Shown here: positions 1-10,620 of the stretch, one piece after another | Layout of the letters: each line of letters begins with the position of its first letter | Numbering within the stretch: the stretch's first letter is position 1 | Assembly (NCBI GenBank): GCA_963713435.1 | Contig: CAVQLU010000001.1 | Coordinates: 86,247-150,246 of the forward strand | DNA: 64,000 nucleotides | From: an uncultured Actinomycetes bacterium | GTDB lineage: Bacteria > Actinomycetota > Thermoleophilia > Gaiellales > JALYLC01 | Reading direction: 5' to 3' | Notes under the pieces: generated by a model | What the model was told of the DNA's origin: nothing | Seen by the model: only the letters and a program-made list of their open reading frames with translations | Database searches by the model: none | Translations under genes and position numbers: made by a program

Positions 1-171
1 CTCCTCGATCATCGGCGTGAGGTGCGCCGGGTTCTTCTCGAGGAACTCGGGCGAGGTGGTCGTGCCCCAGACGTCGACCTCCTCGGCGTCGAGTCCCGCG
101 GCCCGCACGAAGATGCGCACCGAGAGGTTGTTGACGCTCGGCTTCAGCACGTGCAGCTTCATGGTGGACAT
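1..171 (-). CDS. Glutathione S-transferase family protein, N-terminal part (runs off the window edge)
   Basis: Manual translation MSTMKLHVLKPSVNNLSVRIFVRAAGLDAEEVDVWGTTTSPEFLEKNPAHLTPMIEE has the GST N-domain pattern (PEFL-x-NP-x4-P). Confidence 0.7.
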   Translation of the reverse strand, partial: MSTMKLHVLKPSVNNLSVRIFVRAAGLDAEEVDVWGTTTSPEFLEKNPAHLTPMIEE

Positions 172-200
172 GTCACGGCCCCGCTTCCCGGTAGGCGTTC

Positions 201-773
201 TCAGACGTTCGTTCGCTCGTCGGACAGCGACTCGCGCGAGTTCCGCATGAGCAGCTCGATCGCGTCCGCCAGGTGCACCTGGTCGATGTTGTAGTCGCCC
301 CGCTCGACACGGATCTTGTGCGCCTCGAGCAGCACCTGCGAATGGCTGAATCCCGTGGGCGGCTCGAAGCGATACGACGCGAGCTCGATCGTCAGGCCCA
401 GCGGATCCTCGAAGTAGATCGAGTCCATGAAGCCGCGATCCTTCACGCCGCTGTGCGAGATCCCGCGCTCGTCGAGCCGCTCTACGGCCTGGTGGAAGAC
501 GGCCTGCGAGAGCGAGAGCGCGATGTGGTGGACGCAACCCGGATCGGTTGCGGTGCGGGTCGGGTCGGGCGTCCGCGACTCGTCGGTGAAGACCGTGATC
601 AGGCGGCCGTCGCCGGGCTCGAAGTAGAGGTGGCTCTCACCCGGGTTGTCGAGATTGGGCTGCTCGAACACGAACGGCATGCCGAGCAGGCCCTCCCAGA
701 AGTCGATCGACGTCTGCCGGTCGGCGCCCACGATCGTGATGTGGTGGACGCCCTGGCTCTGAAGCTTCCGCAT
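201..773 (-). CDS. VOC/glyoxalase family protein
   Basis: GVHHITI..FWEGLLGM, HLYF, GCVHHIAL, SIYFEDPLGLTIELA motifs. Confidence 0.85.
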   Translation of the reverse strand: MRKLQSQGVHHITIVGADRQTSIDFWEGLLGMPFVFEQPNLDNPGESHLYFEPGDGRLITVFTDESRTPDPTRTATDPGCVHHIALSLSQAVFHQAVERLDERGISHSGVKDRGFMDSIYFEDPLGLTIELASYRFEPPTGFSHSQVLLEAHKIRVERGDYNIDQVHLADAIELLMRNSRESLSDERTNV

Positions 774-786
774 GTGCGACCTCGGC

Positions 787-2094
787 TTAGTGTTCGACGA
801 GCTTCGATTTGTATTCGCTGCGCTGAAGACTGCCCCAGGGCACCAGCTCGACGCGGGCCTGCACGATGAGAACGCTGCGCAGCCGCTCGCGGATCTCTTC
901 GGCGAGCCCGTCGTCGGCCGCGGCCTCGCGGGCGAGCTCGACGCTCACCGGCAGCGGCGGCTCCTGCTTGACGCCCGGGGACTGCGGCCGCACCAGGATG
1001 TGGCCGCTGACCCGCGGTGCGAACCCGCTCACGACCTCGCGCACCGCGGAGGGGAAGACGTTGACGCCGCGCACGATCAGCATGTCGTCGGTACGCCCGA
1101 TGCAGCGCACCCGCGGGCCGGTGCGACCGCACGCGCACGGGCTCATGCGCACCTGTACGTGGTCGCGCGTGCGGAAGCGCAGGAGCGGCGCGCCGCGATG
1201 CCGCAGGTGCGTGAGCACGAGCTCGCCGGTCGCGCCATCCTCCAGCTGCGACCGCGGCGCCCGTCTCGGGATCGATCAACTCGGGGTGGATGAAGCCGCG
1301 CGCTCCCAGGTGCATCCCGTCCTGCTGCTCGCACTCGCCCCACAGCGAGACCCCGATGTCGCCGATGCCCATAGCCTCGGTGACCTTCGCGCCCCAGCCT
1401 TCCTCGAGCTTCTCCCTGAAGGACGGCTCACCGCCGCCCGGCTCGCCCGCGACGAGGATGCGCTGCACGCTCGAGGCTGGCAGATCGATGTTGCGATCGG
1501 CCGCCCACTCGATCAGGTACTTCGGCGTACGAAGGCGTGAGCACCGCGGCCTCGGGACGCAGCAAGTCGATCGAGAGCATCAGGCGCTCGCTGTTGCCGG
1601 TTCCGACCGGGATGTGGCAGAGCCCGATGCGGTCGAACGACGCGAGCGCCGCGCCCGCGACGAACGGCCCGGCGTTGTAGGTCGAGACGATGCGCTGGCC
1701 CGCGACGATGCCGGAGGCCGCGTAGCTCCGCGCCGAGGCGGTGATCCAGTTGTCGAGATCGGCGGCCGTGAGCGGGACGAAGCTGGGCGTGCCGGTCGTG
1801 CCGCTGGTGGAGTAGACGCGGACGATCTCCTCGCGCGTGGCGCAGAGGTGCTCGCCGATCGGATTCTCGGGCGTGCAGCGCTCGCGCAGCTCGCGCTTGT
1901 CGGTGAGCGGCAGCGCCGCGATGCCGGCCAGGCCCCCCGCAGCGGCTGCCGAGCCGAATCCGGCAGCCGCGAGCTTGTCGCGGTAGAACGCCGAGCGTTC
2001 GAACAGGTAGTCGAGTCTGCGAGCGGTAGGAGGCGTCGTCGATCGCGAGCTGCTCGGCCCACGGCAGCGCCTCGACCTCGGGTGCGAGCATCAC
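787..2094 (-). CDS. Phenylacetate-CoA ligase (PaaK)-family AMP-forming ligase, split by several frameshifts
   Basis: Pieces in different frames: MMLAPEVEALPW..., YSTSGTTG P-loop (~1790-1815), ILVAGEPGG/EAMGIGD, PLLRFRTRD, GRTDDMLIVRGVNVFPS. Confidence 0.8.
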
Positions 2095-2885
2095 GGCGCG
2101 GCACCCGCCGGCGGCTCGTAGGAGATGGCCTCCTCGGCCCTACCGGCCATGAGGAAGCCGATCGGCTGCTGCTGCTCCTCGGCCAGGTGCGCGAGCAGGC
2201 CCGCCGTGCGGGCCAGCACCGGAATGGCCTTGACGCTCGCGGCCGGGAAGCCGAGGTCGAGCATCACCGCGGCGATCGGCATGGAGACGTTCATCGTCAG
2301 CGGCTTGCCCCAGGCCTCGGCCACGGCGACGCGGAAGTCGCGCGCGAGGCGCACGTGCGGGCCGCTGATGCCGCGCGCGTCGGCGAGCTCGAGGATGCGC
2401 TCGGCACGCGGATCGAGCGGCCGGTGTACCGGATGCCCGAACCCCGGCGCCCGCTCACCTTCGGCGTGGATCGCCCGGGCCAGCTCGCCGGCGACGGCCG
2501 GCGGCTCGCCGCCCGCGGCCACCTTCGCCTGTGCCTCGGCGAGCAGCCGGGCGCACACCTCGGCGGTGCCGAGGATGACCGGTCCGCAGCCCAGGATCCC
2601 GGCGGCCACCGCACCCTGCAGCGAATCGGGATCGGCCGCCAGCGTCATGCGCGCGGCGACGTTGGTGGGCATCATCCCGTGCTCGGCGATGGCGACGAGC
2701 ACGAGGTCGAGGAAGTAGCGCTGGTCGTCGGTCGGCTCATCGCCGGTGAGCAGCAGGTAGAAGTACTCGCTGAAGCTCAGCCTGCCCATGACGTCGCCGC
2801 AGAGGTCGCGCCCCCGCACTTCGACCCGGTCGGGATAGGCCTGGCAGATGTGGCTGACAGGAGCCGTCGCCTTGCCGATCTGCAT
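2091..2885 (-). CDS. Citryl-CoA lyase / citrate synthase-like protein
   Basis: VRGRDL..MGRLSFSEYFYLLLTG, AEHG, PGFGHPVHRPLDPRA, MNVS, ARTAGLLAHLAEE. Confidence 0.8.
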   Translation of the reverse strand: MQIGKATAPVSHICQAYPDRVEVRGRDLCGDVMGRLSFSEYFYLLLTGDEPTDDQRYFLDLVLVAIAEHGMMPTNVAARMTLAADPDSLQGAVAAGILGCGPVILGTAEVCARLLAEAQAKVAAGGEPPAVAGELARAIHAEGERAPGFGHPVHRPLDPRAERILELADARGISGPHVRLARDFRVAVAEAWGKPLTMNVSMPIAAVMLDLGFPAASVKAIPVLARTAGLLAHLAEEQQQPIGFLMAGRAEEAISYEPPAGAAP

Positions 2886-2927
2886 CGCCGACGAGTCTAC
2901 CCACAAGCGCTGAGTAGGCTTCGCGAC

Positions 2928-3738
2928 GTGACTGCCCTCTCTCTGCCTCAGATCGTCGACCTCGAGCAGTACCCGATCGACCGGCTCGACGAACCGGCCG
3001 GCCGCGCGCTGATCGAGCGCGCGCGCACCGCGCTCCACGCGGTCGGCGCCTGCGACCTGCCCGGTTTCCTACGCCCTGAGACGACGACGGTCGCCGTCGA
3101 GAGCGCGCTCTCGCTGCACGATCAGGCGTACCGAACCGACCAGACGCACGACATCGAGTTCTCCGGCCTGGCACCCGAGTCCCTGCCCGAAGACGACCCG
3201 CGTCGCGTGCGCATCCGCTCGGCCAAGGAGGGCACGGCGTTCGACGCCATCCCCGCCGACTCGCCCGGTCCGCCTCCTGTACGAATCCGACGAGCTCCTG
3301 CGCTTCGTCAGCGCAGCACTCGAGCTCGAGCCGCTCTACCGCTCGGACGATCCGCTCGGCGCGCTGAACTACATGTACTACCTGCCCGGCGACGAGCTCG
3401 GCTGGCACTTCGACAACGCCGACTTCGTCGTGACCCTGATGCTCCAGGCCCCCCACTCCGGCGGCGGCTTCGAGTTCGCGCCGATGCTGCGCTCCGCCGA
3501 TGACCGCAACGACGAAGGCGTCCGCGCCCTCCTCGCCGGCACAAGCGACCGCGTCCGCACGATGTCGGGAGCCCCCGGCACCCTGGCCCTCTTCCGGGGC
3601 CACTGGAGCCCGCACCGAGTCACACCGGTCGAAGGCAACCAGATGCGAGTAAACGCCGTCCTCTCCTACGCAAGAACCCCAGGCCAACGCCTGAAAGAAG
3701 AGACCTACCGCCTCTTCTACGGGCGAATCCCCACCTAG
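2928..3738 (+). CDS. Fe(II)/2-oxoglutarate-dependent oxygenase, BesD/HalD-like fold (frameshift near 3270)
   Basis: N-part IVDLEQYPID in one frame; C-part LGWHFD...GGGFEF...LFRGHWSPHRVTPV...R gives the HxD..H triad. Confidence 0.7.
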
Positions 3739-3748
3739 AGCGAACATC

Positions 3749-3991
3749 TGGGGTCTGGCGCGTCCAGGCCGGGTCTGACCCCGCCTGTACGGGCCTGACC
3801 CCGTGTGTACGGGCACGCAACCAAGCCGTTTGCGGCACTTCGGCACCCCGGCCATCCGGATGGGGAGCTTCTCGACTCGCGGCTGCTGAGCTTCGACTTT
3901 CCGCATGCCCAGTGGCGTTGCGGCCGAAAACGGACACCTGGGGTCAGACCCGTACAGGTGGGGTCAGACCCCGCCTGTACGGGCCAGACCC
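3749..3991. repeat. Two ~53-bp imperfect palindromes built from GGGGTC(A/T)GACCCC units (REP-like)
   Basis: 3749-3802 and 3939-3991 each fold back on themselves and share GACCCCGCCTGTACGGGCC. Confidence 0.75.
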
Positions 3992-4059
3992 TTGATATGT
4001 GTGCCGGGTTTGTGACTCGGCATTAGTCTGGAGCTTCTGCTGCTACACGAGGAGACACC

Positions 4060-4558
4060 ATGGCTTCCACTTCTACTCCCACGCATTTGCCGACGATCGA
4101 TCCGCACCTTCGGCAGGAGGCTGGTCGTGAGCTGCAGGCCACGCTCGTCGATCTCGTCGATCTGACGCTCGTGGGCAAGCAGCTTCACTGGAGCGTGGTC
4201 GGGCCGGCGTTCCGGACTCATTCACCTTCAGCTCGACGAGCTCGTCGCTGCCTGGCAGGGGCTCGCCGACACGGTCGCCGAGCGCGCCGTCACCATCGGC
4301 ACGTTCCCCGACGGCCAGGCCGGTGCGGTTGCTGCGCGCAGCAATGCGCGACCGCTCGAGGTCGGCGCGATCGAGGATCACGAGGTCGTGCGCGAGCTGG
4401 CGCACCGCATCGCCGAGACCAGCGAGCTGGCGCGGGCGCGCATGGACCGCCTCGCCGACCTCGACGCCGCCTCGCAGGACGTCCTCGTCGAGGTCGTGCG
4501 CGCGCTCGAGGAGCAGCAGTGGATGGTGCGAGCCCAGCTGCCGCACGGCGGTGCGTGA
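4060..4558 (+). CDS. dps: Dps family ferritin-like DNA protection protein (frameshift near 4220)
   Basis: KQLHWSVVGPAFR, then in the shifted frame HLQLDEL..DTVAERA, SQDVL..LEEQQWM; GGAG RBS upstream. Confidence 0.8.
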
Positions 4559-4718
4559 TCGCGGCTCTTCACCCGGGTGAGGTCGGGCACCTCGTTGACA
4601 CCGTCCCGAGGGGTGGGCGATAGTTGCCTGCCCGTGCCGCGATCCTCAGCCGCGAACAGATCGTCGTTCCACTCACATGGAATCTCGGCTCTCATCACAT
4701 GAACGGAGACGAGACGAC

Positions 4719-6740
4719 ATGACGACTACCGCCGCGCCGAGCGAATACGGCGAACCGGTCTCGTGGGAACCGGACAAGCCGAAATTCAAGCCGGTACGAC
4801 TGCTGATCTCGTGGTTCCTGACCGCGATCGCGCTGCTTGTCGCCGCAATCATCCTCCCGGGCGTCAACATCGTCGACCGCTGGGACGCGCTCTGGATGGC
4901 CGCGGTGGTCGCCCTGCTGAACGCGCTCCTCCCGCCGCTTCTGGCAGCGCTCCGCCTGCCCTTCATGATCGGGCTGGGCTTCATCCTGATCCTGATACTG
5001 AACGCCCTCGTGCTGCTGGCCGCGAGCAACCTCATCGACCACAGCTACGAGGTCGACAACTTCGGCTGGGCGCTGCTCGCAGCGCTCGTCGTGGCAGCGG
5101 TGAGCGTCGTCCTGTCGATCATCTTCGGCACCAACGACGACGACACGTACACGATCCAGGTCACCCAGCGGATCGCGCGGCGCCAGGGCGGAGCGACGCG
5201 CACGAACGTGCCGGGGATCATCTACCTCGAGATCGACGGGCTCGCGCTGCCCGTGCTGCAGCGCGCGATGCGCGACGGCTCAGCGCCCCACATGGCGAAA
5301 TGGCTGACCGAGCACTCGCACCAGCTGGTCGAGTGGGAGACCGACCTCTCCTCGCAGACCGGCGCGAGCCAGGCCGGGATCCTGCTCGGCTCCAACGAGA
5401 ACATCCCGGCCTTCCGCTGGGTCGAGAAGGAGAAGGGCACGCTGATGGCGTGCTCGGCGCCGGATGACTGCGCCGAGCTCGAGCGGCGGCACGCGACCGG
5501 CATCGGCCTGCTCGTGAACGGCGGCTCGAGCCGCGGGAACCTGCTCTCGGGCGAGGCGGACGAGGTGATCCTCACCGTCTCCCGGATCGAGGCCGAGAAG
5601 AAGGCGAATCCCGGATATCGAGCCTTCTTCGCGAACGGCTTCAACGTGACGCGCTCGTTCGTGCTGTTCATCTTCGAGGTCCTGGTGGAGTACACGGATG
5701 CACTGCGCCAGAAGCGCCGCGACGTGCGGCCGCGCGGCCACCGCGGGGGCATCTACCCGTATCTGCGCGGCGTGATGTGCGTGATCGTGCGCGACCTGAT
5801 CGTGTACGGCGTGCTGACCGACATGATGCGCGGGCGCCCGGCCGTGTATGCGACGTTCTCGAGCTACGACGAGGTGGCGCACCACTCCGGCATCGAGCGC
5901 TCGGACACGCTCGAGGCGCTGCGCAAGCTCGACCAGCAGTTCGCGCGCATCGACCGGGCACGGCGCTATGCCCCTCGTCCGTACAAGCTCGTCGTGCTCT
6001 CGGATCACGGCCAGACGCAGGGCGCGACGTTCAAGCAGCGCAACGGCTACGGCCTCGACGACCTCGTCTCGCGCTCGCTGGAGGCCACCGACGTGAAGGA
6101 GTTCGCGGGCGGCGACGAGCAGCACGCGATGGTCGGTCACGCCATGGGCGAGGCCACCGGCAAGCCGGAGAAGCCGAAGAAGAACGACGTCTCCGGCCGC
6201 GACGCCGTCGTGCTGGGCTCGGGCAACCTCGGGCTGATCTACCTCATGGAGGAGAAGCGCCGGCTCACGATGGAGGAGCTGAACGAGCGCCACCCGCGCC
6301 TCATCCCGGCCCTCTGCGAGCACCCGCACGTCGGCTGGATCATGGTGCGCTCCTCCGAGCACGGAGCACTCGCGCTCGGTGCGAGCGGCAAGCACCACCT
6401 GGCGGACGGGCGGATCGAGGGCGACGATCCCCTGGCAGCGTTCTCGCCGACGGCGCCGCGCCACCTGTTGCGCACCGACGGCTTCGCGGACGTCGCCGAC
6501 ATCATGGTCGGCAGCTTCTACGACCCGGCGCTGGAAGAGGGCTGCGCATTCGAGGAGCTGATCTCGTTCCACGGCGGCCTCGGCGGCCCGCAGACCCGGC
6601 CGTTCATCCTCGCGCCGGTCGACCTCCCGCTGCCGGACGAGGAGATCATCGGCGCGGCCGGCGTGCACGATCTGCTGCGCAAGTGGCGCCACGGCCTGCA
6701 GGGCGAGGACGGGTCGTTGGAGCCGGCCGCGGCTGGTTGA
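4719..6740 (+). CDS. Four-TM holin-like (YvlD-type) membrane domain fused to an alkaline phosphatase/phosphodiesterase domain
   Basis: Hydrophobic N-terminus, then EIDGL, SSQTGASQAG, YDEVAHHSG, LSDHGQ, FHGGLGG. Confidence 0.8.
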   Translation: MTTTAAPSEYGEPVSWEPDKPKFKPVRLLISWFLTAIALLVAAIILPGVNIVDRWDALWMAAVVALLNALLPPLLAALRLPFMIGLGFILILILNALVLLAASNLIDHSYEVDNFGWALLAALVVAAVSVVLSIIFGTNDDDTYTIQVTQRIARRQGGATRTNVPGIIYLEIDGLALPVLQRAMRDGSAPHMAKWLTEHSHQLVEWETDLSSQTGASQAGILLGSNENIPAFRWVEKEKGTLMACSAPDDCAELERRHATGIGLLVNGGSSRGNLLSGEADEVILTVSRIEAEKKANPGYRAFFANGFNVTRSFVLFIFEVLVEYTDALRQKRRDVRPRGHRGGIYPYLRGVMCVIVRDLIVYGVLTDMMRGRPAVYATFSSYDEVAHHSGIERSDTLEALRKLDQQFARIDRARRYAPRPYKLVVLSDHGQTQGATFKQRNGYGLDDLVSRSLEATDVKEFAGGDEQHAMVGHAMGEATGKPEKPKKNDVSGRDAVVLGSGNLGLIYLMEEKRRLTMEELNERHPRLIPALCEHPHVGWIMVRSSEHGALALGASGKHHLADGRIEGDDPLAAFSPTAPRHLLRTDGFADVADIMVGSFYDPALEEGCAFEELISFHGGLGGPQTRPFILAPVDLPLPDEEIIGAAGVHDLLRKWRHGLQGEDGSLEPAAAG

Positions 6741-7862
6741 CCGCGCTGCGGATCAGCGTCCTCGACCAATCGCCCATCGCCGAGGGCGGCACGGGCGCGC
6801 AGGCCCTCAGGAACACGATCGACCTCGCGCGCCTGACCGACGCCCTCGGCTATGCCCGTTACTGGGTCGCCGAGCATCACGGGATGCCGATGCTGGCCAG
6901 CGCCGCGCCGGAGATCCTGATCGCCGAGATCGCCGCCGTGACCGAGCGCATCCGGGTCGGCAGCGGCGGCGTGATGCTGCCGCACTACAGCCCGCTCAAG
7001 GTCGCGGAGACGTTCAGCATCCTGTGCGGCCTGCACGGCGATCGCGTCGACCTCGGCATCGGCCGCGCGCCTGGATCGGATCGCGAGACGATGTTCGCGC
7101 TGCAGCGCGACCGCCGGCAGATGTCGCCCGACGACTTCCCCGAGCAGATCACCGAGCTGCTGGCCTACTTCGAGGACGACTTCCCGGCCGATCACCCGTT
7201 CGCGCGCCTCGCGGCACTACCCGGCGCGCCCGGCAAGCCCGACGTCTGGCTGCTCGGCTCCTCGCCGCAGAGCGCGGTCTGGGCAGGTCAGCTCGGGCTG
7301 CCCTATTCGATCGCCGACTTCATCAACCCCGATGCCGCCGAGAACGCCCGCCTCTACCGCGCGCGTTTCCAGCCCTCACAGCGCCGTGCGCGAGCCGGAG
7401 CTCGCGGTCTGCGTCTCGGCGATCTGCGCCGACAGCGACGAGGAAGCCCAGAGGCTCGCGTCCAGCCAGCGCATGGCGATCACGCTGCTGCGCCGCGGCC
7501 GGCTGATCGCCGTCCCGCCGGTCGAGACGGCCCTGGCGTTCCTGGCCGAAGAAGGCGAGGCCGCCGCCGCGGCCAGCCGGCGCGTCGTCGTCGGCACGCC
7601 CGACGTCGTCCGCGCCGGACTGGAAGCGGTCGCTGCCGAGTACGAGGCCGACGAGCTGATGATCGTGACGATCACGTACGACCACGGCGCGCGCCGCCGG
7701 TCGTACGAGCTGATCGCCGAGGCGTTCGACCTGGGTGGCTATTCGAGTAAATCTCAACACCTGCCGGGCGCGTGCGTGGCGGACGCGCGCGGCCGATACG
7801 ATCGCGGCGGTGAGATGACGCCGGTGCTCACCCGTATCGAGTCCGCCAGGAGGCCTGCATGA
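6737..7862 (+). CDS. LLM-class flavin-dependent oxidoreductase (frameshift near 7375; 3' end uncertain)
   Basis: ISVLDQSP, RYWVAEHH, IRVGSGGVMLPHYSPLKVAE, DLGIGRAPG, WLLGSS, ADELMIVT. Confidence 0.85.
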
Positions 7863-9682
7863 CCGAGCCAAGCGCCGAGTCGAAGTTCCTCAGCCCGTTC
7901 GACGTGCCCACTCCGGACGGCGCCGAGGGCTGGGAGGAGATGTATCCGTACTACCTCCTCTTCGATCCCGAGCGGCGCGAGGCGGAGGAGAACCGCTTCT
8001 GGTTCTACAACGGCATGCACTTCCCGGAGCCGATGCCGGCCTTCGACATGATCACGGCCGAGTCGTGCTACCTCTCGATCGGCCTCTACCAGGGCCGCGT
8101 CTTCCAGATCCCGACCGTGCTCGGCATCGAGCACCGCGTCGTCAACGGCTACGTCTACATCACGGCGAACGAGGTCAGCGACCCCGCCGAGATCGAGAAG
8201 CGGCTCGCGGTGTTCCTGCCGCGCATCGGCTTCTACTACGGCAACTGGGACATGCTCGTCGAGCGCTGGCAGACCGCGGTGGACAGCGCGATCGAAGAGC
8301 TCACGGCGCTCGAGGTGCCCCGCCTCCCGGAGCTGGAGGACGAGCAGGAGCTGCTGCACGACCACAAGCTCGGCTCGAACTTCCGCCTGATGACGGCCTA
8401 CGACCACTGCATCGGGCTCTACAACGAGCTCAACCAGCTGCACTTCGAGCTCCTGCTGCTGGCCTACGGCGCGTACCTCACGTTCTTCCAGTTCTGCCAG
8501 CAGGCGTTCCCGGACATGGGAATGCAGGTCATGACGCAGATGATCGCCGGCTACGACACGACGATGTTCCGCCCCGACGACGAGCTCAAGGCGCTCGCGG
8601 CGGTGGCGCTCGAGCTGGGCGTCGACGGCTCCTTCGCCGATGGCCGCACGCCCGCCGAGGTGCTCGCCGAGCTGGAGACGAGCGAGGCCGGCCGCGCCTG
8701 GATCGCCGATCTGGAGTCGCGCAAGCACCCCTGGTTCTTCATGTCGACGGGCGACGGCTTCTACCACCACCACCGCGCCTGGGCCGACGATCTCCGCCTG
8801 CCGTTCACGGCGATCACCGGCTACATCGCGCAGATCCGCGCGGGCACGAGCCTCGACCGCCCCAAGGAGCGACTGCTGGCCGAGCGCGAGCGCATCGCGA
8901 GCGAGTACTCGCAACTGCTCGCGACGGACGAGGAGCGCAAGGCGTTCGAGGAGATGCTCGGCCTCTGCCGCCACGTCTTCCCGCACGCCGAGGGCCACAA
9001 GTTCTTCATCGAGCACTGGGGCACGTCGCTGTTCTTCAACAAGATGCGCGAGATCGGCGCCGTGATGGCCGAGAACGGCTTCTTCGAGGACGCCGACGAC
9101 GTCTTCTACCTCAACATCCACGAGGTGCACGAGGCGCTCTCCGACCTCGGCCTGGCGTGGTCGGGCGGCACGGCCGCACGCGGCACGGTCTACTGGCCGC
9201 CGCGGGTCGAGCGCCGCAAGGAGATCCTCGCGCGCCTCTCGGAGTGGACGCCCCCGCCCGCGCTGGGCGTCGTGCCCGAGGTCATCAACGATCCGACGGT
9301 GCAGCTGCTCTGGGGCGTCACCGCCGACCGGCTGCGCGCCTGGGCGAGCCAGACCGAGGACGAGGACGTGCGCGGCTACGCGGCCTCGCCCGGCATCGCC
9401 GAGGGCCTCGCGCGCGTGGTGCGCGACGTCAACGAGATCGGCACCGTGCAGCAGGGCGAGGTGCTCGTGTGCTCGGTCACGGCGCCGAGCTGGGGCCCGG
9501 TCTTCCCCAAGATCGCCGCGGCCGTCTCCGACATCGGCGGGATGATGTCGCACGCCGCCATCGTGGCCCGCGAGTACGGACTGCCCGCCGTCGTCGGCAC
9601 CGGGCATGCGACGAAGATGATCAAGACGGGTGACCGCGTCCGCGTCGACGGCGACAACGGCACGGTCACGATTCTCACGTGA
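7859..9682 (+). CDS. Phenol-kinase large subunit (PpsA/CreH/AcvA/HpeH-like) with PEP-utilising phosphohistidine domain
   Basis: EGWEEMYPYY, FWFYNGMHFPEP, HRVVNGYVYI, RPDDELK and C-terminal DIGGMMSHAAIVAREYGLPAVVGTG match the phenylphosphate synthase alpha-type family as recalled. Confidence 0.85.
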   Translation: MTEPSAESKFLSPFDVPTPDGAEGWEEMYPYYLLFDPERREAEENRFWFYNGMHFPEPMPAFDMITAESCYLSIGLYQGRVFQIPTVLGIEHRVVNGYVYITANEVSDPAEIEKRLAVFLPRIGFYYGNWDMLVERWQTAVDSAIEELTALEVPRLPELEDEQELLHDHKLGSNFRLMTAYDHCIGLYNELNQLHFELLLLAYGAYLTFFQFCQQAFPDMGMQVMTQMIAGYDTTMFRPDDELKALAAVALELGVDGSFADGRTPAEVLAELETSEAGRAWIADLESRKHPWFFMSTGDGFYHHHRAWADDLRLPFTAITGYIAQIRAGTSLDRPKERLLAERERIASEYSQLLATDEERKAFEEMLGLCRHVFPHAEGHKFFIEHWGTSLFFNKMREIGAVMAENGFFEDADDVFYLNIHEVHEALSDLGLAWSGGTAARGTVYWPPRVERRKEILARLSEWTPPPALGVVPEVINDPTVQLLWGVTADRLRAWASQTEDEDVRGYAASPGIAEGLARVVRDVNEIGTVQQGEVLVCSVTAPSWGPVFPKIAAAVSDIGGMMSHAAIVAREYGLPAVVGTGHATKMIKTGDRVRVDGDNGTVTILT

Positions 9683-9683
9683 C

Positions 9684-10620
9684 ATGACCGACGCCCGCTA
9701 CGCCATTCCGTTCGACGAGCTGCGCGCCGACCAGACCGAGCTCGTCGGCGGCAAGTGCGCCAACCTCGGCGAGCTGACCGGGGCGGGCTTCCCGGTGCCG
9801 CCGGGCTTCGCGGTGACCACGGCGGCACACGAACGCGACGACATCGACGAGGCCGTGGCCGAGGCCTACGCGAGGCTCGGCGCCCTCGTCGGCAAGCAAG
9901 ATCCGCCCGGTCGCCGTGCGCTCCAGCGCGATCGCCGAGGACATGCCGGACGCGAGCTTCGCGGGCGTGCAGGACACCTACCTCTGGATCTGCGGGCTCG
10001 AGGCCGTGCTGGACGGCATCCGCCGCTGCTGGGCGAGCTTCCACAACCCCGAGGCCGTCGCATATCGCGCGGAGCACGGGATCACGCGCGGGGGCATGAG
10101 CGTGGCCGTCCAGTACATGGTCGATGCGCGCGTCGCGGGCGTGATGTTCACGCTCAATCCCGTCTCGGGGGATCGCTCGTCGATCGCCATCGACGCGAGC
10201 TACGGCCTCGGCAGCTCGGTGGTGGGCGGGGAGGTGACGCCCGACTCCTTCCTCGTCTCGAAGGTGACGCGCGAGATCGTGCGCCGCCAGATCGGCGCCA
10301 AGGCCACCGAGGTCGTGGCCGATCCCGCGGCGGCGACGACGGTCACCCGCGACGTCTCCGGCGAACGACAGGCGGTCGCCTGCCTGAGCGACGAAGAACT
10401 GGCCCGCGTGGCCGAGATCGGGCGGCGCATCGAGGCGCACTACGGCCGGCCTCAGGACGTCGAGTGGGCGATCGACCGCCGGCTCGGCGAGCTCTTCATC
10501 CTGCAGAGCAGGCCCGAGACGGTGTGGAGCAACAAGCCCCGGCCGCGGGCGACCGCCGGCAACGCGATGGCGCTGATCACCGCGACGATGACCGGCGGCC
10601 TGGCGAAGCCGAAGGAATGA
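9684..10620 (+). CDS. Phenol-kinase ATP-binding subunit (PpsB/CreI/AcvB/HpeI-like; frameshift near 9910)
   Basis: VGGKCANLGEL, VPPGFAVTT, VRSSAIAED..ASFAG, AGVMFTLNPVSG, GLG..VVGGEVTPD, PQDVEWA, LQSRPET. Confidence 0.85.

Noticed and set aside
1290-3503. Long alternative-frame ORFs (also 5777-7750, 7754-9685, 10452-12485, 20859-22589 and others)
   Set aside because: These are Arg/Ala/Pro-rich shadow ORFs typical of high-GC DNA, overlapping recognisable genes. Parts are real only where a frameshifted gene passes through that frame.
2928-3738. Radical halogenase
   Set aside because: It has HxD, not the HxG/A motif needed for halide binding.
4719-6740. Prophage lysis gene
   Set aside because: The holin-like domain is fused to a phosphodiesterase, as in common chromosomal actinobacterial proteins, and no phage genes are nearby.
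7859-10620. Anaerobic phenol degradation (phenylphosphate synthase/carboxylase), or a wholly new pathway
   Set aside because: There are no UbiD-type carboxylase or PpsC genes, and the neighbours match the already described acv/hpe arrangement.
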